Origin: Labilithrix sp.
GTDB lineage: Bacteria; Myxococcota_A; Polyangia; Polyangiales; Polyangiaceae
Length of the DNA: 64,000 nucleotides
Assembly: GCA_046351255.1 (NCBI GenBank)
Contig: JAXLYU010000014.1
Span: forward strand, 123,730 to 187,729
Direction of reading: 5' to 3'
Position numbers and translations under genes: made by a program. A model generated the notes under the pieces. It was not told the DNA's origin and searched no databases. It was given only the letters and a program-made list of their open reading frames with translations. Below, in pieces: positions 44,899 through 54,574 of this stretch (position 1 is its first letter; each line of letters starts with the position of its first letter).

Positions 44899-46338
44899 TT
44901 GTGCGGTACGCTGCCATCGATGGCGGATGTCCGCGCAGCCTCCCCCGGGATCCCCGAGACGGGTCAGATCGTCTCGGGGAAATTCCGGATCGAAGAGCCG
45001 CTCGGCCGCGGCGGTCTCGGCGTGGTCGTGGCGGCGACGCACCTTCAGCTCGGACAGCGCGTCGCGATCAAGTTCCTCGACGCGCGCGTGCTCGCGGCGG
45101 TCGACGGGGTCGCGCGATTCCTTCGTGAGGCGCGCTCCGCCGCCACCATCGAGAGCGAGCACTGCGTTCGCATCCTCGATTTCGGCACCGCGGAGGACGG
45201 CGCGCCCTACATCGTCATGGAGTGCCTGCGTGGTCACGACCTCGCGACCGAGCTTCGCGAGCACGGTGCGCTCGAGGTCGAGCGCGCGGTCGACTACGTC
45301 CTCCAGGCCTGCGACGCGGTCGCGGAGGCCCATGCGCACGGGATCATCCATCGTGACCTCAAGCCCGCCAACCTGTTCCTCGCCCGCCGCGAGGCTCGCG
45401 GCTCATTGAAGGAAGGCGCCCTGCTCGTGAAGGTGCTCGATTTCGGCGTCGCGAAGGTCCTCGACGAGGGTGACGGTCGCATGGGCCTCACGGGCGAGTC
45501 CGCGGTGATCGGCACGAGCTACTACATGGCGCCCGAGCAGGTCCGCGACTCGAGCCGCGTCGACGCTCGCACCGACGTCTGGGCGCTCGGCGTGATCCTC
45601 TTCGAGCTCCTCACGGGGGAGCGTCCCTTCGACGGGCCGACCGCCTCCGCCGTCACCGCCGCGATCGTCGCGGATCCGCCACGGCTCCTCGACGACGTTC
45701 GCCCCGACGTGCCGCCTGCCATCCGCGCCGTCATCGCGAAGTGCCTCGCGAAGGATCCGGCGCGCCGCTGGCCCGACGTGCGCGCCTTCGCGCAAGCGCT
45801 CGAAGACGCGCTCGGCGGCTCCGCGCGCCTCCGCCTCGTGCGACCCTGGTCCGAGACCGAGCGCGGCTCGGCGGGGCGGCTCGTGGTCTCCACTGCACCC
45901 GTGTCGAGCCCCGAGGCCCTCGCCGCGACGGAGCTCGCGTCGAGCGAGTCGGGCCAGCAGGTGAGCGAGCCGGTGAGCGAGCGCGCGGACGCGAGCCCGC
46001 GACGGTCGCGCGCGCCGATCGCGATCGCGGCCGTCCTCGGCGTCGGGCTCGCCGTCGGATGGGCGGTGCGCGCGCTTGCGCCCTCGACACCGCCGGAGCC
46101 GGTGCGCGCGACGGTCGATGCGGCCGCGAGCACGGTGGCGAGCGTGCTGCCGAGCGTGACCGCCTCCGTCGAGCCGCCGCCTCCGGTCACGGTGGCGATC
46201 ACGTCGGCCGCGCCGCCGGCGAGCTCCGCGCGCGGTATGGTGCACGCGCCGCGCATCGGCACCAAGCCAATCGCGCCGGCGCCACCGCGCGCCACCGATC
46301 CGAAGGGCATCGATGATCCGAACCTGACGAACCGCTGA
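44899..46338 (+). CDS. Membrane-anchored Ser/Thr protein kinase (module B)
   Basis: LGRGGLGVVV (Gly loop), VAIKFL, HRDLKPANLFL, DFGVAK, YMAPE; C-terminal TM IAIAAVLGVGLAVGWAV plus Pro-rich tail; an alternative Met start lies 21 nt downstream. Confidence 0.85.
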   Translation: MCGTLPSMADVRAASPGIPETGQIVSGKFRIEEPLGRGGLGVVVAATHLQLGQRVAIKFLDARVLAAVDGVARFLREARSAATIESEHCVRILDFGTAEDGAPYIVMECLRGHDLATELREHGALEVERAVDYVLQACDAVAEAHAHGIIHRDLKPANLFLARREARGSLKEGALLVKVLDFGVAKVLDEGDGRMGLTGESAVIGTSYYMAPEQVRDSSRVDARTDVWALGVILFELLTGERPFDGPTASAVTAAIVADPPRLLDDVRPDVPPAIRAVIAKCLAKDPARRWPDVRAFAQALEDALGGSARLRLVRPWSETERGSAGRLVVSTAPVSSPEALAATELASSESGQQVSEPVSERADASPRRSRAPIAIAAVLGVGLAVGWAVRALAPSTPPEPVRATVDAAASTVASVLPSVTASVEPPPPVTVAITSAAPPASSARGMVHAPRIGTKPIAPAPPRATDPKGIDDPNLTNR

Positions 46339-47270
46339 TGAACCCCCGATTTTTACCTGTTCTCGTGACGTTCGCGTCTGCGCTCGTCGCCGTGAGCGCG
46401 CCGGCGCTCGCGGACGACGCTGCCACGCGCGCCGCGGAGGTGCTCTTCACCGAGGGGCGCGACCTCATGCGCGCCGAGAAGTACGACGAGGCCTGTCCGA
46501 AGCTCGCGCGGAGCCACGAGCTCGCGCCTGCGGTGGGCACGCTCCTGAACCTCGGCCTCTGCTACGAGAAGAGCGGTCGGACCGCGAGCGCGTGGCTTCG
46601 CTACAAGGAGGCGGCCTCCATCGCGGCGCAGAAGCACGACGCGCGCGAGACCTACGCGCGTGACCGCGTCTCCTCCCTCGAGATCGAGCTCGCACGTCTC
46701 ACGGTCGACGTCGCGCCGGACGTGGCCAAGGCCAGCCCGCACGTGGTGCTCGACGGCGCGGACCTGCCCAACGCGTCGTGGGGCGTGGCGATCCCGATCG
46801 ATCCGGGCGATCACGTCGTCGTCGCGATCGCGAGCGAGGACCGGACGGTCACGAAGCGCACGCACATCGACGCGAAGACGAAGGTGACGCTGACGATCGA
46901 CGCGTTCGAGACGGCCGGACGCCCCGGTCCTGGCCCCGGTCCGACGGCGCCCGTCACGCGTCCGCTGGTCCTCGCCGAGCCTCCGCCCGCGCCGCACGAG
47001 CGCTCCTCCGTCCAGCGTCCGCTCTCCTACGCCGTGCTCGGGCTCGGCGGCGCGGCGCTCCTGGCCGGTGGCGTCGTCGCGACGATCGCGAAGGTCCGCT
47101 ACGACGGCGTGGAAGACGAGTGCGGCGGCAATCGCTGCACGCCCTCGGCGCGAGACACGCGAAACGGCGCCTTCGATCAGGCCGACGTCGCGAGCGTGCT
47201 GGGGATCTCCGGCCTCGTCGTGCTCGCGGCGGGCAGCGTGCTCTGGCTCACCTCGCGCGGGGAGCGATGA
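46338..47270 (+). CDS. Secreted two-TM 'PEGA-like' protein (module B)
   Basis: Signal [25 protein letters not shown]; TPR-like Cys-bearing helical region ([10 protein letters not shown]...[10 protein letters not shown]); beta-sandwich (HVVLDGADL...[15 protein letters not shown]); PGPGPGP linker; TM; CGGNRC loop; TM; TGATG overlap upstream and ATGA downstream. Confidence 0.55.
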   Translation: MNPRFLPVLVTFASALVAVSAPALADDAATRAAEVLFTEGRDLMRAEKYDEACPKLARSHELAPAVGTLLNLGLCYEKSGRTASAWLRYKEAASIAAQKHDARETYARDRVSSLEIELARLTVDVAPDVAKASPHVVLDGADLPNASWGVAIPIDPGDHVVVAIASEDRTVTKRTHIDAKTKVTLTIDAFETAGRPGPGPGPTAPVTRPLVLAEPPPAPHERSSVQRPLSYAVLGLGGAALLAGGVVATIAKVRYDGVEDECGGNRCTPSARDTRNGAFDQADVASVLGISGLVVLAAGSVLWLTSRGER

Positions 47271-48589
47271 GCACCGAGGCGATGGGCAGCGCGCGCCGCG
47301 CGCTCGCCGTGGACGTCCTCCGTCTCGTCGTGATGGACGGCCCCGACGCGGGCGAGCGCTTCGAGTCGACGCAGGGGCGGCTCGTCGTGGGCACGCATGC
47401 CTCGGCGGACGTGGTGCTCTCGGACCCCGCCGTCTCGCGCTTCCATTTCGAGCTCGTCACCTCCTCGACCGGCATCCTCCTTCGCGACCTCGGCAGCACG
47501 AACGGTACGTGCGTCGACTCGGTCCCCGTGATCGCTGCGCCGCTCCGGCCAGGCGCGGTCCTCGAGGTCGGCCGCACGCGCCTTCGCCTCGAGGCCGCGG
47601 CCGAGAAGGCGACCGTCGAGCTGCCCGCGCGTCAGTCGTTCGGCGTCGCGGTCGGCCGCTCCGTCGCCATGGCTCGCACCTTCGCGCTCCTCGAGCGCGC
47701 GGCCGCCTCGGACGCGACGGTGCTCCTCGAGGGCGAGACGGGCACCGGAAAAGAAGCGGCGGCGGAGTCCGTCCACATCGAGAGCGCGCGGCGCGATCAG
47801 CCGTTCATCGTCGTCGACTGCGCGTCGATCCCGAAGGACCTGCTCGAGTCCGAGCTCTTCGGTCACGAGCGCGGCGCGTTCACGGGCGCGGTCGCCGCGC
47901 GCGCGGGCGCCTTCGAGGCCGCGAACGGCGGCACCCTCTTCCTCGACGAGATCGGAGAGCTCTCGTCCGAGCTCCAGCCGAAGCTCCTGCGCGTGCTCGA
48001 GCGCCGCGAGGTGAAGCGCGTGGGCGCGAATCGATACGAGAAGGTCGACGTGCGGCTCATCGCGGCCACGCACCGCAACCTCCGCGAGGAGGTGAACAAC
48101 GGTCGCTTCCGCGCCGATCTCTACTACCGCCTCGCGGTCGTGCAGGTGCGGTTGCCGCCGCTCCGCGAGCGTCTCGACGACCTCGCCCTCCTCGTGGAGA
48201 GGCTCCTCGCGCAGCTCGGCGCGAGCACACGCCCCGAGGCGATGATGGTCCGCACGCCCGAGTTCTACGCCGAGCTCGCGCGCCATTCCTGGCCCGGCAA
48301 CGTGCGCGAGCTACGGAACTACGTCGAGCGTTGCCTCGCGATGCGCGAGACGATGCCGCTCGATCCGGTGGGCGAAGCGGGGACCGAGCGCGATGCCACG
48401 TTCGATCCGCGCTCCCTCGCGGGCCTGCCGCTCAAGGAGGCCCGCGATCGCTGGGTCGACCTCTTCGAGCGCGCCTACGTGGCCGAGCTCCTCAAGGCGC
48501 ACGACGACAACGTGGCCGCCGCGGCGCGTGCCGCGGGCGTCGCGCGCAACCACTTCTACCGCCTGCTCTGGCGGCACGGCTTTCGCTGA
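47267..48589 (+). CDS. FHA-domain sigma54-dependent transcriptional activator (module B), intact GAFTGA
   Basis: FHA ([26 protein letters not shown]...STNGT); GETGTGKE; [15 protein letters not shown]; RADLYYRL; C-terminal [19 protein letters not shown]. Confidence 0.85.
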   Translation: MSTEAMGSARRALAVDVLRLVVMDGPDAGERFESTQGRLVVGTHASADVVLSDPAVSRFHFELVTSSTGILLRDLGSTNGTCVDSVPVIAAPLRPGAVLEVGRTRLRLEAAAEKATVELPARQSFGVAVGRSVAMARTFALLERAAASDATVLLEGETGTGKEAAAESVHIESARRDQPFIVVDCASIPKDLLESELFGHERGAFTGAVAARAGAFEAANGGTLFLDEIGELSSELQPKLLRVLERREVKRVGANRYEKVDVRLIAATHRNLREEVNNGRFRADLYYRLAVVQVRLPPLRERLDDLALLVERLLAQLGASTRPEAMMVRTPEFYAELARHSWPGNVRELRNYVERCLAMRETMPLDPVGEAGTERDATFDPRSLAGLPLKEARDRWVDLFERAYVAELLKAHDDNVAAAARAAGVARNHFYRLLWRHGFR

Positions 48590-48609
48590 GGGACGGGGGC
48601 TCGGGCGCT

Positions 48610-49977
48610 TCAGGGCGCGCGCACGTCGACGACGCTGGCGCTCACGCCGCCGATGGTGCACTCGAGCGGCGCCGGCGAGCGACCGTCGAGGCCGAGGCGA
48701 AAGAGCTTCGTGCCACCAGAGCCGGTGACGCAGATGAACTCGCCGGACGCAGGGAGATGTCGGATGCGCGCGCAGCCGAAGCGCGAGGCGATCTCCGTGC
48801 CGAGGTTCGGGTAGGGGCTCGACATGGTCGCGCCGTTGGCCCAGTCGAGGCGATCGATGCGCGACGACGACGCGAGCTCGACCTGCGCGAGAAGGCCGTC
48901 GTCGCGAGCGCCGAAGGGGGCGATGGAGAGGCCGTCAGCCGGAGCGTCGAGCGTGCGCATGCCGAGGGTGCCCCCGTCGAGCGCAAGGATGCGAAGCTCG
49001 GCGCCTCCGTCGCGCGTCGACGCGACCGCCAGCGGGCCCTGCGCGGTCCGCGCGACGACGGCCCCGAGGCCCTTGCCGAGACCGGTGGCGAGCGTGAGCG
49101 TCTCGTTCGTGACCGTCGACCAGCGCGCGATCGATGTCCCGGTGTCGCACGCGCTCGGCGCGCGCCGGTAGGCCACGAGTTCGTCGTCGAGCAGCACGCC
49201 GTCGCACGCCGAGGGGAGCGGTCGATCCTTGGACGGGGCGACGGCGAGCGGCCGGTCCGCGTCGAGGCGTACGAAGGAGAGCACCCAGCCGAATGCCTCG
49301 GGGACCCCGAGCGCGACGAGCGCGGTCTTGCCCGAGGGGCTGATCGAGAGCGGGGCGCACCCGACGCAGATACGCGCCGGGTTCCGGCAGTCGCGATCGG
49401 TGACGTACGTGCTGAAGCTCGGACCGACCGGGACCGCCACGAGCCACGTCTCGCCGGGGCGCACGAGCGCGCCAGGATCGTGCTCGGCGAGGCGACCGCG
49501 GCAGACGTCGTTCACGCAGGCCTGGTCGGTCGTGCACGACGCGCCGGGAGCGTCGGCGGCGGTGCACTTCGTCCGGCAGCGCCCGTCCTCCATGCACCTC
49601 GTCCCCTCGGGACAGCCCGACGAGGCGATGGCGCAGTCCCCGGCCGTATCACTGACGCACCCGTTTCCAGCGTTCGTGTGGAGGCAGCGCTCGCCGGCAT
49701 GGCACTCCGCGTCGGAGAGGCAGCGCACGGCACATGTTCCGAAGAGGCAGGAGCGCGCGTCGGAGCAGGGCGCGGTCGAGCTACAGCTTCCCGACACGAC
49801 CGGACCATCCGCCCCGCCTCCGCCGGTCTCGCCCAGGCGTCCCTCGTCGCCACCGGCGTCGGTCGCCTCGAGGCCTGGGCGCTCGAAGCCGAGAATGGCG
49901 CTACATCCGCCCGCGAGCGCCCCAGCCCCCCCGAGCGCGAGCGCGAGCAGGATGGCCAGAGCTCGCCGTCGCCGCAT
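48610..49977 (-). CDS. Secreted Cys-rich (EGF/furin-like) protein with C-terminal beta-propeller-like domain
   Basis: Signal MRRRRALAILLALALGGAGALAGGCSA; clusters of Cys (SCSSTAPCSDARSCLFGTCAVRCLSDAECHAGERCL...); about 300 aa beta-rich C-terminus. Confidence 0.5.
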   Translation of the reverse strand: MRRRRALAILLALALGGAGALAGGCSAILGFERPGLEATDAGGDEGRLGETGGGGADGPVVSGSCSSTAPCSDARSCLFGTCAVRCLSDAECHAGERCLHTNAGNGCVSDTAGDCAIASSGCPEGTRCMEDGRCRTKCTAADAPGASCTTDQACVNDVCRGRLAEHDPGALVRPGETWLVAVPVGPSFSTYVTDRDCRNPARICVGCAPLSISPSGKTALVALGVPEAFGWVLSFVRLDADRPLAVAPSKDRPLPSACDGVLLDDELVAYRRAPSACDTGTSIARWSTVTNETLTLATGLGKGLGAVVARTAQGPLAVASTRDGGAELRILALDGGTLGMRTLDAPADGLSIAPFGARDDGLLAQVELASSSRIDRLDWANGATMSSPYPNLGTEIASRFGCARIRHLPASGEFICVTGSGGTKLFRLGLDGRSPAPLECTIGGVSASVVDVRAP

Positions 49978-50143
49978 GTGACCGAACCTTAGCCGATCTC
50001 GTGCCACGGGTTTGTCCCGACGAAGGGAGTCGATGCAACACCTGCGCGACGCGCAGCGCTTGCGTCTGGCAGGGCCGTCCCCGCGCGCGCGAGCGGCACG
50101 GGTGAGCATGGCCGCGCGGCGCGAGCCTTGCTCGACGCCGTTC

Positions 50144-51343
50144 ATGCATCGATCTTTGCCGCTCCACGGGGAGAGCCCGGGCGTGGCGACCCCGCCGCGC
50201 TGGCCCCTCGCGCGAAAGGGCTTCCGTCCCTTCTTCCTCCTCGGCGCGCTCGGAGCATCGGCCCTGATCCCGATGTGGCTGCTCGTGCTCGGCGGCGTCG
50301 TCCGTCCGAGCGCCTACGTGGATCCGGTCACGTGGCACGCGCACGAGATGCTCTTCGGCTTCGCGACCGCGGTCATCGCGGGCTTCCTGCTCACGGCCGT
50401 GGGCAACTGGACGGGCCGCGAGACGATCATCGGGCCGAAGCTCCTCGCCCTCTCTGGCGTCTGGCTCGCCGGGCGCGTCGCGATGATGGCTTCCGTGCCA
50501 GGGGCGGGGATCCATGCGCGCGGGATCATCGCGGCGGTCGACCTCGTGTTCATGCCGCTCCTCGCGGTGACCATCGGCCGGCCTCTCCTCGCGACGCGGA
50601 ACCGCCGGAACTTCGTCATGCTGGGCGTGCTCGCGGCGCTCTTCGCGTGCAACGTCGTGATGCACCTCGAGGCGCTCGGTCTCGCGGCGGCGGGCGCGGG
50701 CCGTCATGCGGCGCTCGTCGCGCTCGACGTCGTGATCTTCCTCTGCCTCGTGATCGGAGGCCGTGTCATCCCGATGTTCACGCGGAACGGCACCGGTCGC
50801 GGCGGGCTCGCCTCGCCGCCCTGGCTCGACGTCGCGGTCGTCGTCTCGATGGTCGCGCTCGTCCTGGCCGACGCGATCCTCCCGGCCTCGACCCTCGCCT
50901 TCGCGCTCGCGGGCGTGGTCGGCCTCGTCTCGCTGGCCCGTACCGCGTTCTGGGGCACGCGTCACACGCTCCGCCATCCGCTCCTGTGGATCCTCCACGC
51001 CGGCGCGCTGTGGATCTCGGCGGGCATGCTGCTCCGCGCGGCGCCGCTCGCCGGAGTCTCCATCTCGGGCTCGTCTGCCGCGCACGCGCTGACGGCGGGC
51101 GCCATCGGCGCGCTCACGATCGGCATGATGGCCCGCGTCGCGCTCGGGCACACCGGCCGCCCGCTCACCCCACCGCGCGCGATGACCGTCGCGTTCGTCT
51201 GCGTCACGCTCGCCGCGCTCGTCCGCGTGGCGGGCGTCTCGCTCGTCGTGAGCGGAGCGCTCTGGGCCACGGCGTTCGCGATCTACGTCGTCGCGTATGT
51301 CCCCGTCCTCTTTGGCGCCCGCGTCGACGGGAAGTCGGGCTGA
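50144..51343 (+). CDS. nnrS: NnrS family haem-copper membrane protein (NO-response)
   Basis: FRPFFLLGAL...HAHEMLFGFATAVIAGFLLTAVGNWTG is the conserved NnrS N-terminal signature; about 12 TM helices; start codon uncertain (an in-frame GTG downstream is also possible). Confidence 0.75.
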   Translation: MHRSLPLHGESPGVATPPRWPLARKGFRPFFLLGALGASALIPMWLLVLGGVVRPSAYVDPVTWHAHEMLFGFATAVIAGFLLTAVGNWTGRETIIGPKLLALSGVWLAGRVAMMASVPGAGIHARGIIAAVDLVFMPLLAVTIGRPLLATRNRRNFVMLGVLAALFACNVVMHLEALGLAAAGAGRHAALVALDVVIFLCLVIGGRVIPMFTRNGTGRGGLASPPWLDVAVVVSMVALVLADAILPASTLAFALAGVVGLVSLARTAFWGTRHTLRHPLLWILHAGALWISAGMLLRAAPLAGVSISGSSAAHALTAGAIGALTIGMMARVALGHTGRPLTPPRAMTVAFVCVTLAALVRVAGVSLVVSGALWATAFAIYVVAYVPVLFGARVDGKSG

Positions 51344-51354
51344 GGAGGCGCGAC

Positions 51355-51831
51355 GTGCTCTATGTCTTTTCGGTCACGATTCACGTGCTCGCGGCGACCT
51401 TGTGGGTCGGCGGGATGGGCTTCTTCGCGATCGCCGTCGTGCCGGTAGCGCGGCGTACGCTCGAAGAGGCGCACGCGGGCAAGATGCTGCGTGGCGTGGG
51501 CACGCGTCTCGGCTCGGTCGGCTGGTGGCTCCTCGGCACGCTCGCAGTGACGGGCCTCATCAACCTCTGGTCGCGCGGGGTGCTCCCGCTGATGGCGACG
51601 ACGATGTTCTGGCGGAGCCCCTTCGGAACGACGCTCGCGCTGAAGCTCTCGCTGGTGGCGCTGATGACGCTCGTGAGCTTCGTGCACGGCCGCGACGCGC
51701 GCCGTCAGGGCCAGGGCCAGCACGTGACGCCCGCTGCCCGCACCCGCTCCTCCCTCCTCGGCCGCGCGACCTTCGGCCTCTCGGTCGTGGTCGTCTTCCT
51801 GGCCGTCCTCCTCGTCCGCGGCAATCCCTGA
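51355..51831 (+). CDS. Small integral membrane protein (4 predicted TM helices), nnrS-linked
   Basis: GTG start preceded by GAGGAGG; MLYVFSVTIHVLAATLWVGGMGFFAIAVVPV...; 158 aa; operonic position after nnrS (an NnrU/CopD-like role is possible but unproven). Confidence 0.5.
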   Translation: MLYVFSVTIHVLAATLWVGGMGFFAIAVVPVARRTLEEAHAGKMLRGVGTRLGSVGWWLLGTLAVTGLINLWSRGVLPLMATTMFWRSPFGTTLALKLSLVALMTLVSFVHGRDARRQGQGQHVTPAARTRSSLLGRATFGLSVVVVFLAVLLVRGNP

Positions 51832-52048
51832 CCCTGGCGCCACCCCGACGCTCGACGCTGCGCGCTGGACGTTCGAGCGCAGGGCGTGTGCGGCGCCCGC
51901 TCCTATCCCTATCGCGGCTGGTTGGTCGCCCTGAACGCGGGGTTGCCGCTCGCGGGCCGCGATCGCACGGACCTCGGCCTCGCGCTTGCGGTCGGTTGGC
52001 CGCAATGAACCTCGCGATTTAAGGATTCGCGACCAGACTCGGCGATTG

Positions 52049-52071
52049 CTGCCACCGGAAGAGGGTGGCAG
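52049..52071 (+). promoter_or_regulatory. Perfect 8 bp hairpin CTGCCACC-ggaagag-GGTGGCAG overlapping the ribosome-binding region of the cytochrome gene
   Basis: Read directly; 3' arm ends about 10 nt before the ATG at 52082. Confidence 0.25.
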
Positions 52072-52081
52072 AAGGCGTGCC

Positions 52082-53668
52082 ATGAGCCTTCGCACGCTGG
52101 CCCTGCGCTATTTCCTCCCGCTCGGCTTGCTCGCGACCGCCGCGAGCTGCGCAGCAGCGTCGAAGCCCTCGACGGACAACGGCGGAGGAGTGACCGGCGA
52201 CACGAGCCCCACCACGCCGGCCGGTGACGAGGCGACGGGCGACGACGACGACGGCTCCGAGAAGGTCAAGGACGGCACGAAGCCGAAGCCGACGTCGCCG
52301 CCGTTGCCGAGCGGTGTCGATCCCTTCGCGCCTCAGGTCGACGAGAGCGCGGGGCTCACCAACGTGTCGAAGAACCTCGATGCTCTCCTCGAGCGCGGCG
52401 CCCTCGCGTCGGCGTGCGAGAAGTATCGAAACGGCGCCAAGGATCGCAAGACCAAGCTCCTCTGCGGCAAGTGGATGTACTTCTACGAGAGCTTCGGGAC
52501 CGCGGGAGCGCCGGCGCCGATCGTGAAGTTCCTCGCCAAGAACTTCCCCGACGAGCTCGGGCTCGGCTTCTCCAAGCTCGGCATGATCCCCGATCCCTCG
52601 TCTGCGGATCACATCCCACTCGGCATGGCGCCCACCACGCCGATCAGCAACAACGTCGACGCGCTCGCGTACACGTGCGCGAGCTGCCACTTCGGTCGCC
52701 TGCCCGACGGTCGCTATGCGGTCGGCGCCCCGAACCACGACTACGACTACGCCGGCCAGATCCTCGCCATCGCGATCGCGCCGGCGCTCGGAATGGGGAC
52801 GGGGAGCGCCAGCGCCCACGATCCGGCCGCGGTGGCGAAGGTCCAACCCGTGCTCGACAAGCTCAAGGGCGACTTCGCGCTGAAGGCAAAGTTCGGCGCC
52901 GCGCTCTTGCCGCTCCTGTCGCTCCAGAACCCGGGCATCTCGAAGGACGTCGAGGCGCAGTACGCCTCGTGGCCGCGCGGGACGCTCGATTTCATCATCG
53001 CGCCGCTCCCGATCGATGACGGGGTCGAGGTCGTCGGCAAGATGATCGGCCTCTGGAACATTCCGCGCGACGAGGAGGCAAAGACCGCGGGCATGAAGAA
53101 CGCGATGCTCGCCTGGACCGGCGCCGCGAAGTCGCTTCACGAGTTCCTCGGCGGCTTCGCCATCGTCGGTGGTACCGAGAAGCCGTCCGACGAGGATCTC
53201 GAGCCGCTTGCAGAGTACATCTACTCGCTCCGCGCCCCCACGAACCCGAGCCCACCGGACGCGAAGCTCGTGGCCGACGGCGCCAAGCTCTTCGAGTCGA
53301 AGGGCTGCATCGGTTGCCACGATGGACCGCGCGGTAGCGGCAAGCGTACCTACACCTTCGACGAGATCGGCACGGACGACACGCTCGCCGGCTGGATGGA
53401 CTCGGACCTCGACGGCGAGCCGTGCTGCGGTCTCGAGAGCGAGACCGATATGCTCACCCACGAGGTGAAGTCGCCGCGTCTCGTCGGCATGTGGGCGCTG
53501 AAGCGCTTCCTCCACAACGGCTCGCTCTCTTCGCTCGAGCAGCTCTTCTGCCTCGAGTCGCGCCCCGCCGGGAAGAAGCCGCTCTCGAGCAGCGGGCACA
53601 TGTACTCGTGCGACGGCCTCGACGAGTCCGAGAAGCGCTCGCTGATCGCCTATCTTTTGGCGCACTGA
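52082..53668 (+). CDS. Di-haem c-type cytochrome lipoprotein (cytochrome c peroxidase/MauG-like arrangement, uncertain)
   Basis: Lipobox LLATAASCAAA; two CxxCH motifs about 220 residues apart (CASCHFG, CIGCHDG); Asp/Gly/Thr linker. Confidence 0.55.
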   Translation: MSLRTLALRYFLPLGLLATAASCAAASKPSTDNGGGVTGDTSPTTPAGDEATGDDDDGSEKVKDGTKPKPTSPPLPSGVDPFAPQVDESAGLTNVSKNLDALLERGALASACEKYRNGAKDRKTKLLCGKWMYFYESFGTAGAPAPIVKFLAKNFPDELGLGFSKLGMIPDPSSADHIPLGMAPTTPISNNVDALAYTCASCHFGRLPDGRYAVGAPNHDYDYAGQILAIAIAPALGMGTGSASAHDPAAVAKVQPVLDKLKGDFALKAKFGAALLPLLSLQNPGISKDVEAQYASWPRGTLDFIIAPLPIDDGVEVVGKMIGLWNIPRDEEAKTAGMKNAMLAWTGAAKSLHEFLGGFAIVGGTEKPSDEDLEPLAEYIYSLRAPTNPSPPDAKLVADGAKLFESKGCIGCHDGPRGSGKRTYTFDEIGTDDTLAGWMDSDLDGEPCCGLESETDMLTHEVKSPRLVGMWALKRFLHNGSLSSLEQLFCLESRPAGKKPLSSSGHMYSCDGLDESEKRSLIAYLLAH

Positions 53669-53692
53669 AGGGGCGAGAGTTACCTTCGCGGC

Positions 53693-54550
53693 ATGAAGAG
53701 CCGCCTTGTTTACGCGCTGATCGTCTCGTCGCTCGTCCTTGGCTGTGGCGGAAACCGCGCGGCGAACAGCGCGAGCTCGAAGAGCGGCGAAGCGGCCTTG
53801 CTCGCGCCGCACAAGTGTCGCGAGGGTGGTCACGTCGAGCAGTACGACCTCCACGACGAGGACGGACAGGAGGCCTTCGTGCCGTGCTCCACCGAGGGAA
53901 AACACGATCTCTCCGGCCTCGTCCGTATCGACACGACGCCCGAGGGAGTCGTGATCACGATCCACGCGACCGACGACGACTTCAACGAGGGCGCGCTCGG
54001 CTCGGACCTCAAGGGCCGCGACGCGATCATCGTCTATCCGAAAGGCCGCGAGAAGAAGGGCGTCGAGGTCCCGCTCACGAAGACGAAGCACGGCTACGAC
54101 GGCAAGCGCCTCATCCCCTACGAGGAGCTCGACAAGCTCACGGACGAGGGCACGAAGATCGAGGTCTCCATCTACGACCACGACGATACGCACAAGAACG
54201 GCGAGCACGAGGAGCTCAAGCTCGCGGTCGCGGTCAGCGCCGGCAAGAGCTGCGAGAAGGCGATCGACGACAACCCGCAGACGGTGGAGATGGGCAAGAA
54301 GGGCACGCCGGACCTCACCGACAATCAGCTCGGCGGACCGATCCGCTCGAGCGCGTTCTTCCAGCACTGCGGTCTCGCCGACAGCGCCAACGCCGAGATC
54401 TGCGTCGCGGTGAAGAAGGGGAAGCCGCTCGGCGTGTCCGTCAAGGTCGCACCGAACAACAACAAGGTCGCCGCGTGCATCGACAAGGCGACGCGGAAGC
54501 TGACATGGCCGTCGAGCGAGAAGCTCGACGTGGTGAAGCAGAAGTTCTGA
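53693..54550 (+). CDS. Hypothetical lipoprotein
   Basis: MKSRLVYALIVSSLVLGCGG lipobox; 285 aa, Lys/Asp/Glu-rich, less GC-rich than neighbouring genes. Confidence 0.55.
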   Translation: MKSRLVYALIVSSLVLGCGGNRAANSASSKSGEAALLAPHKCREGGHVEQYDLHDEDGQEAFVPCSTEGKHDLSGLVRIDTTPEGVVITIHATDDDFNEGALGSDLKGRDAIIVYPKGREKKGVEVPLTKTKHGYDGKRLIPYEELDKLTDEGTKIEVSIYDHDDTHKNGEHEELKLAVAVSAGKSCEKAIDDNPQTVEMGKKGTPDLTDNQLGGPIRSSAFFQHCGLADSANAEICVAVKKGKPLGVSVKVAPNNNKVAACIDKATRKLTWPSSEKLDVVKQKF

Positions 54551-54574
54551 GCGGGAGACGGCCGCGCGTCCGGA

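Noticed and set aside
47068-49992. 974 aa plus-strand ORF running through the activator gene and antisense to 48610-49977
   Set aside because: It shifts frame relative to the true activator and then runs antisense to a Cys-rich secreted-protein gene. No motifs are present.
51832-51990. Weak inverted repeats (CGCTCGACG...CGTTCGAGCG; CTGCGC...GCGCAG) after the nnrS-linked membrane gene as a terminator
   Set aside because: The stems are imperfect and not followed by a T-tract. I cannot support a terminator call.
52064-52081. Sigma54-like TGGCAG-N5-GTGC immediately before the cytochrome ATG
   Set aside because: The spacing is right, but it abuts the start codon, so a transcript would begin inside the coding sequence. 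The site also overlaps the hairpin and is more likely coincidental or part of that structure.
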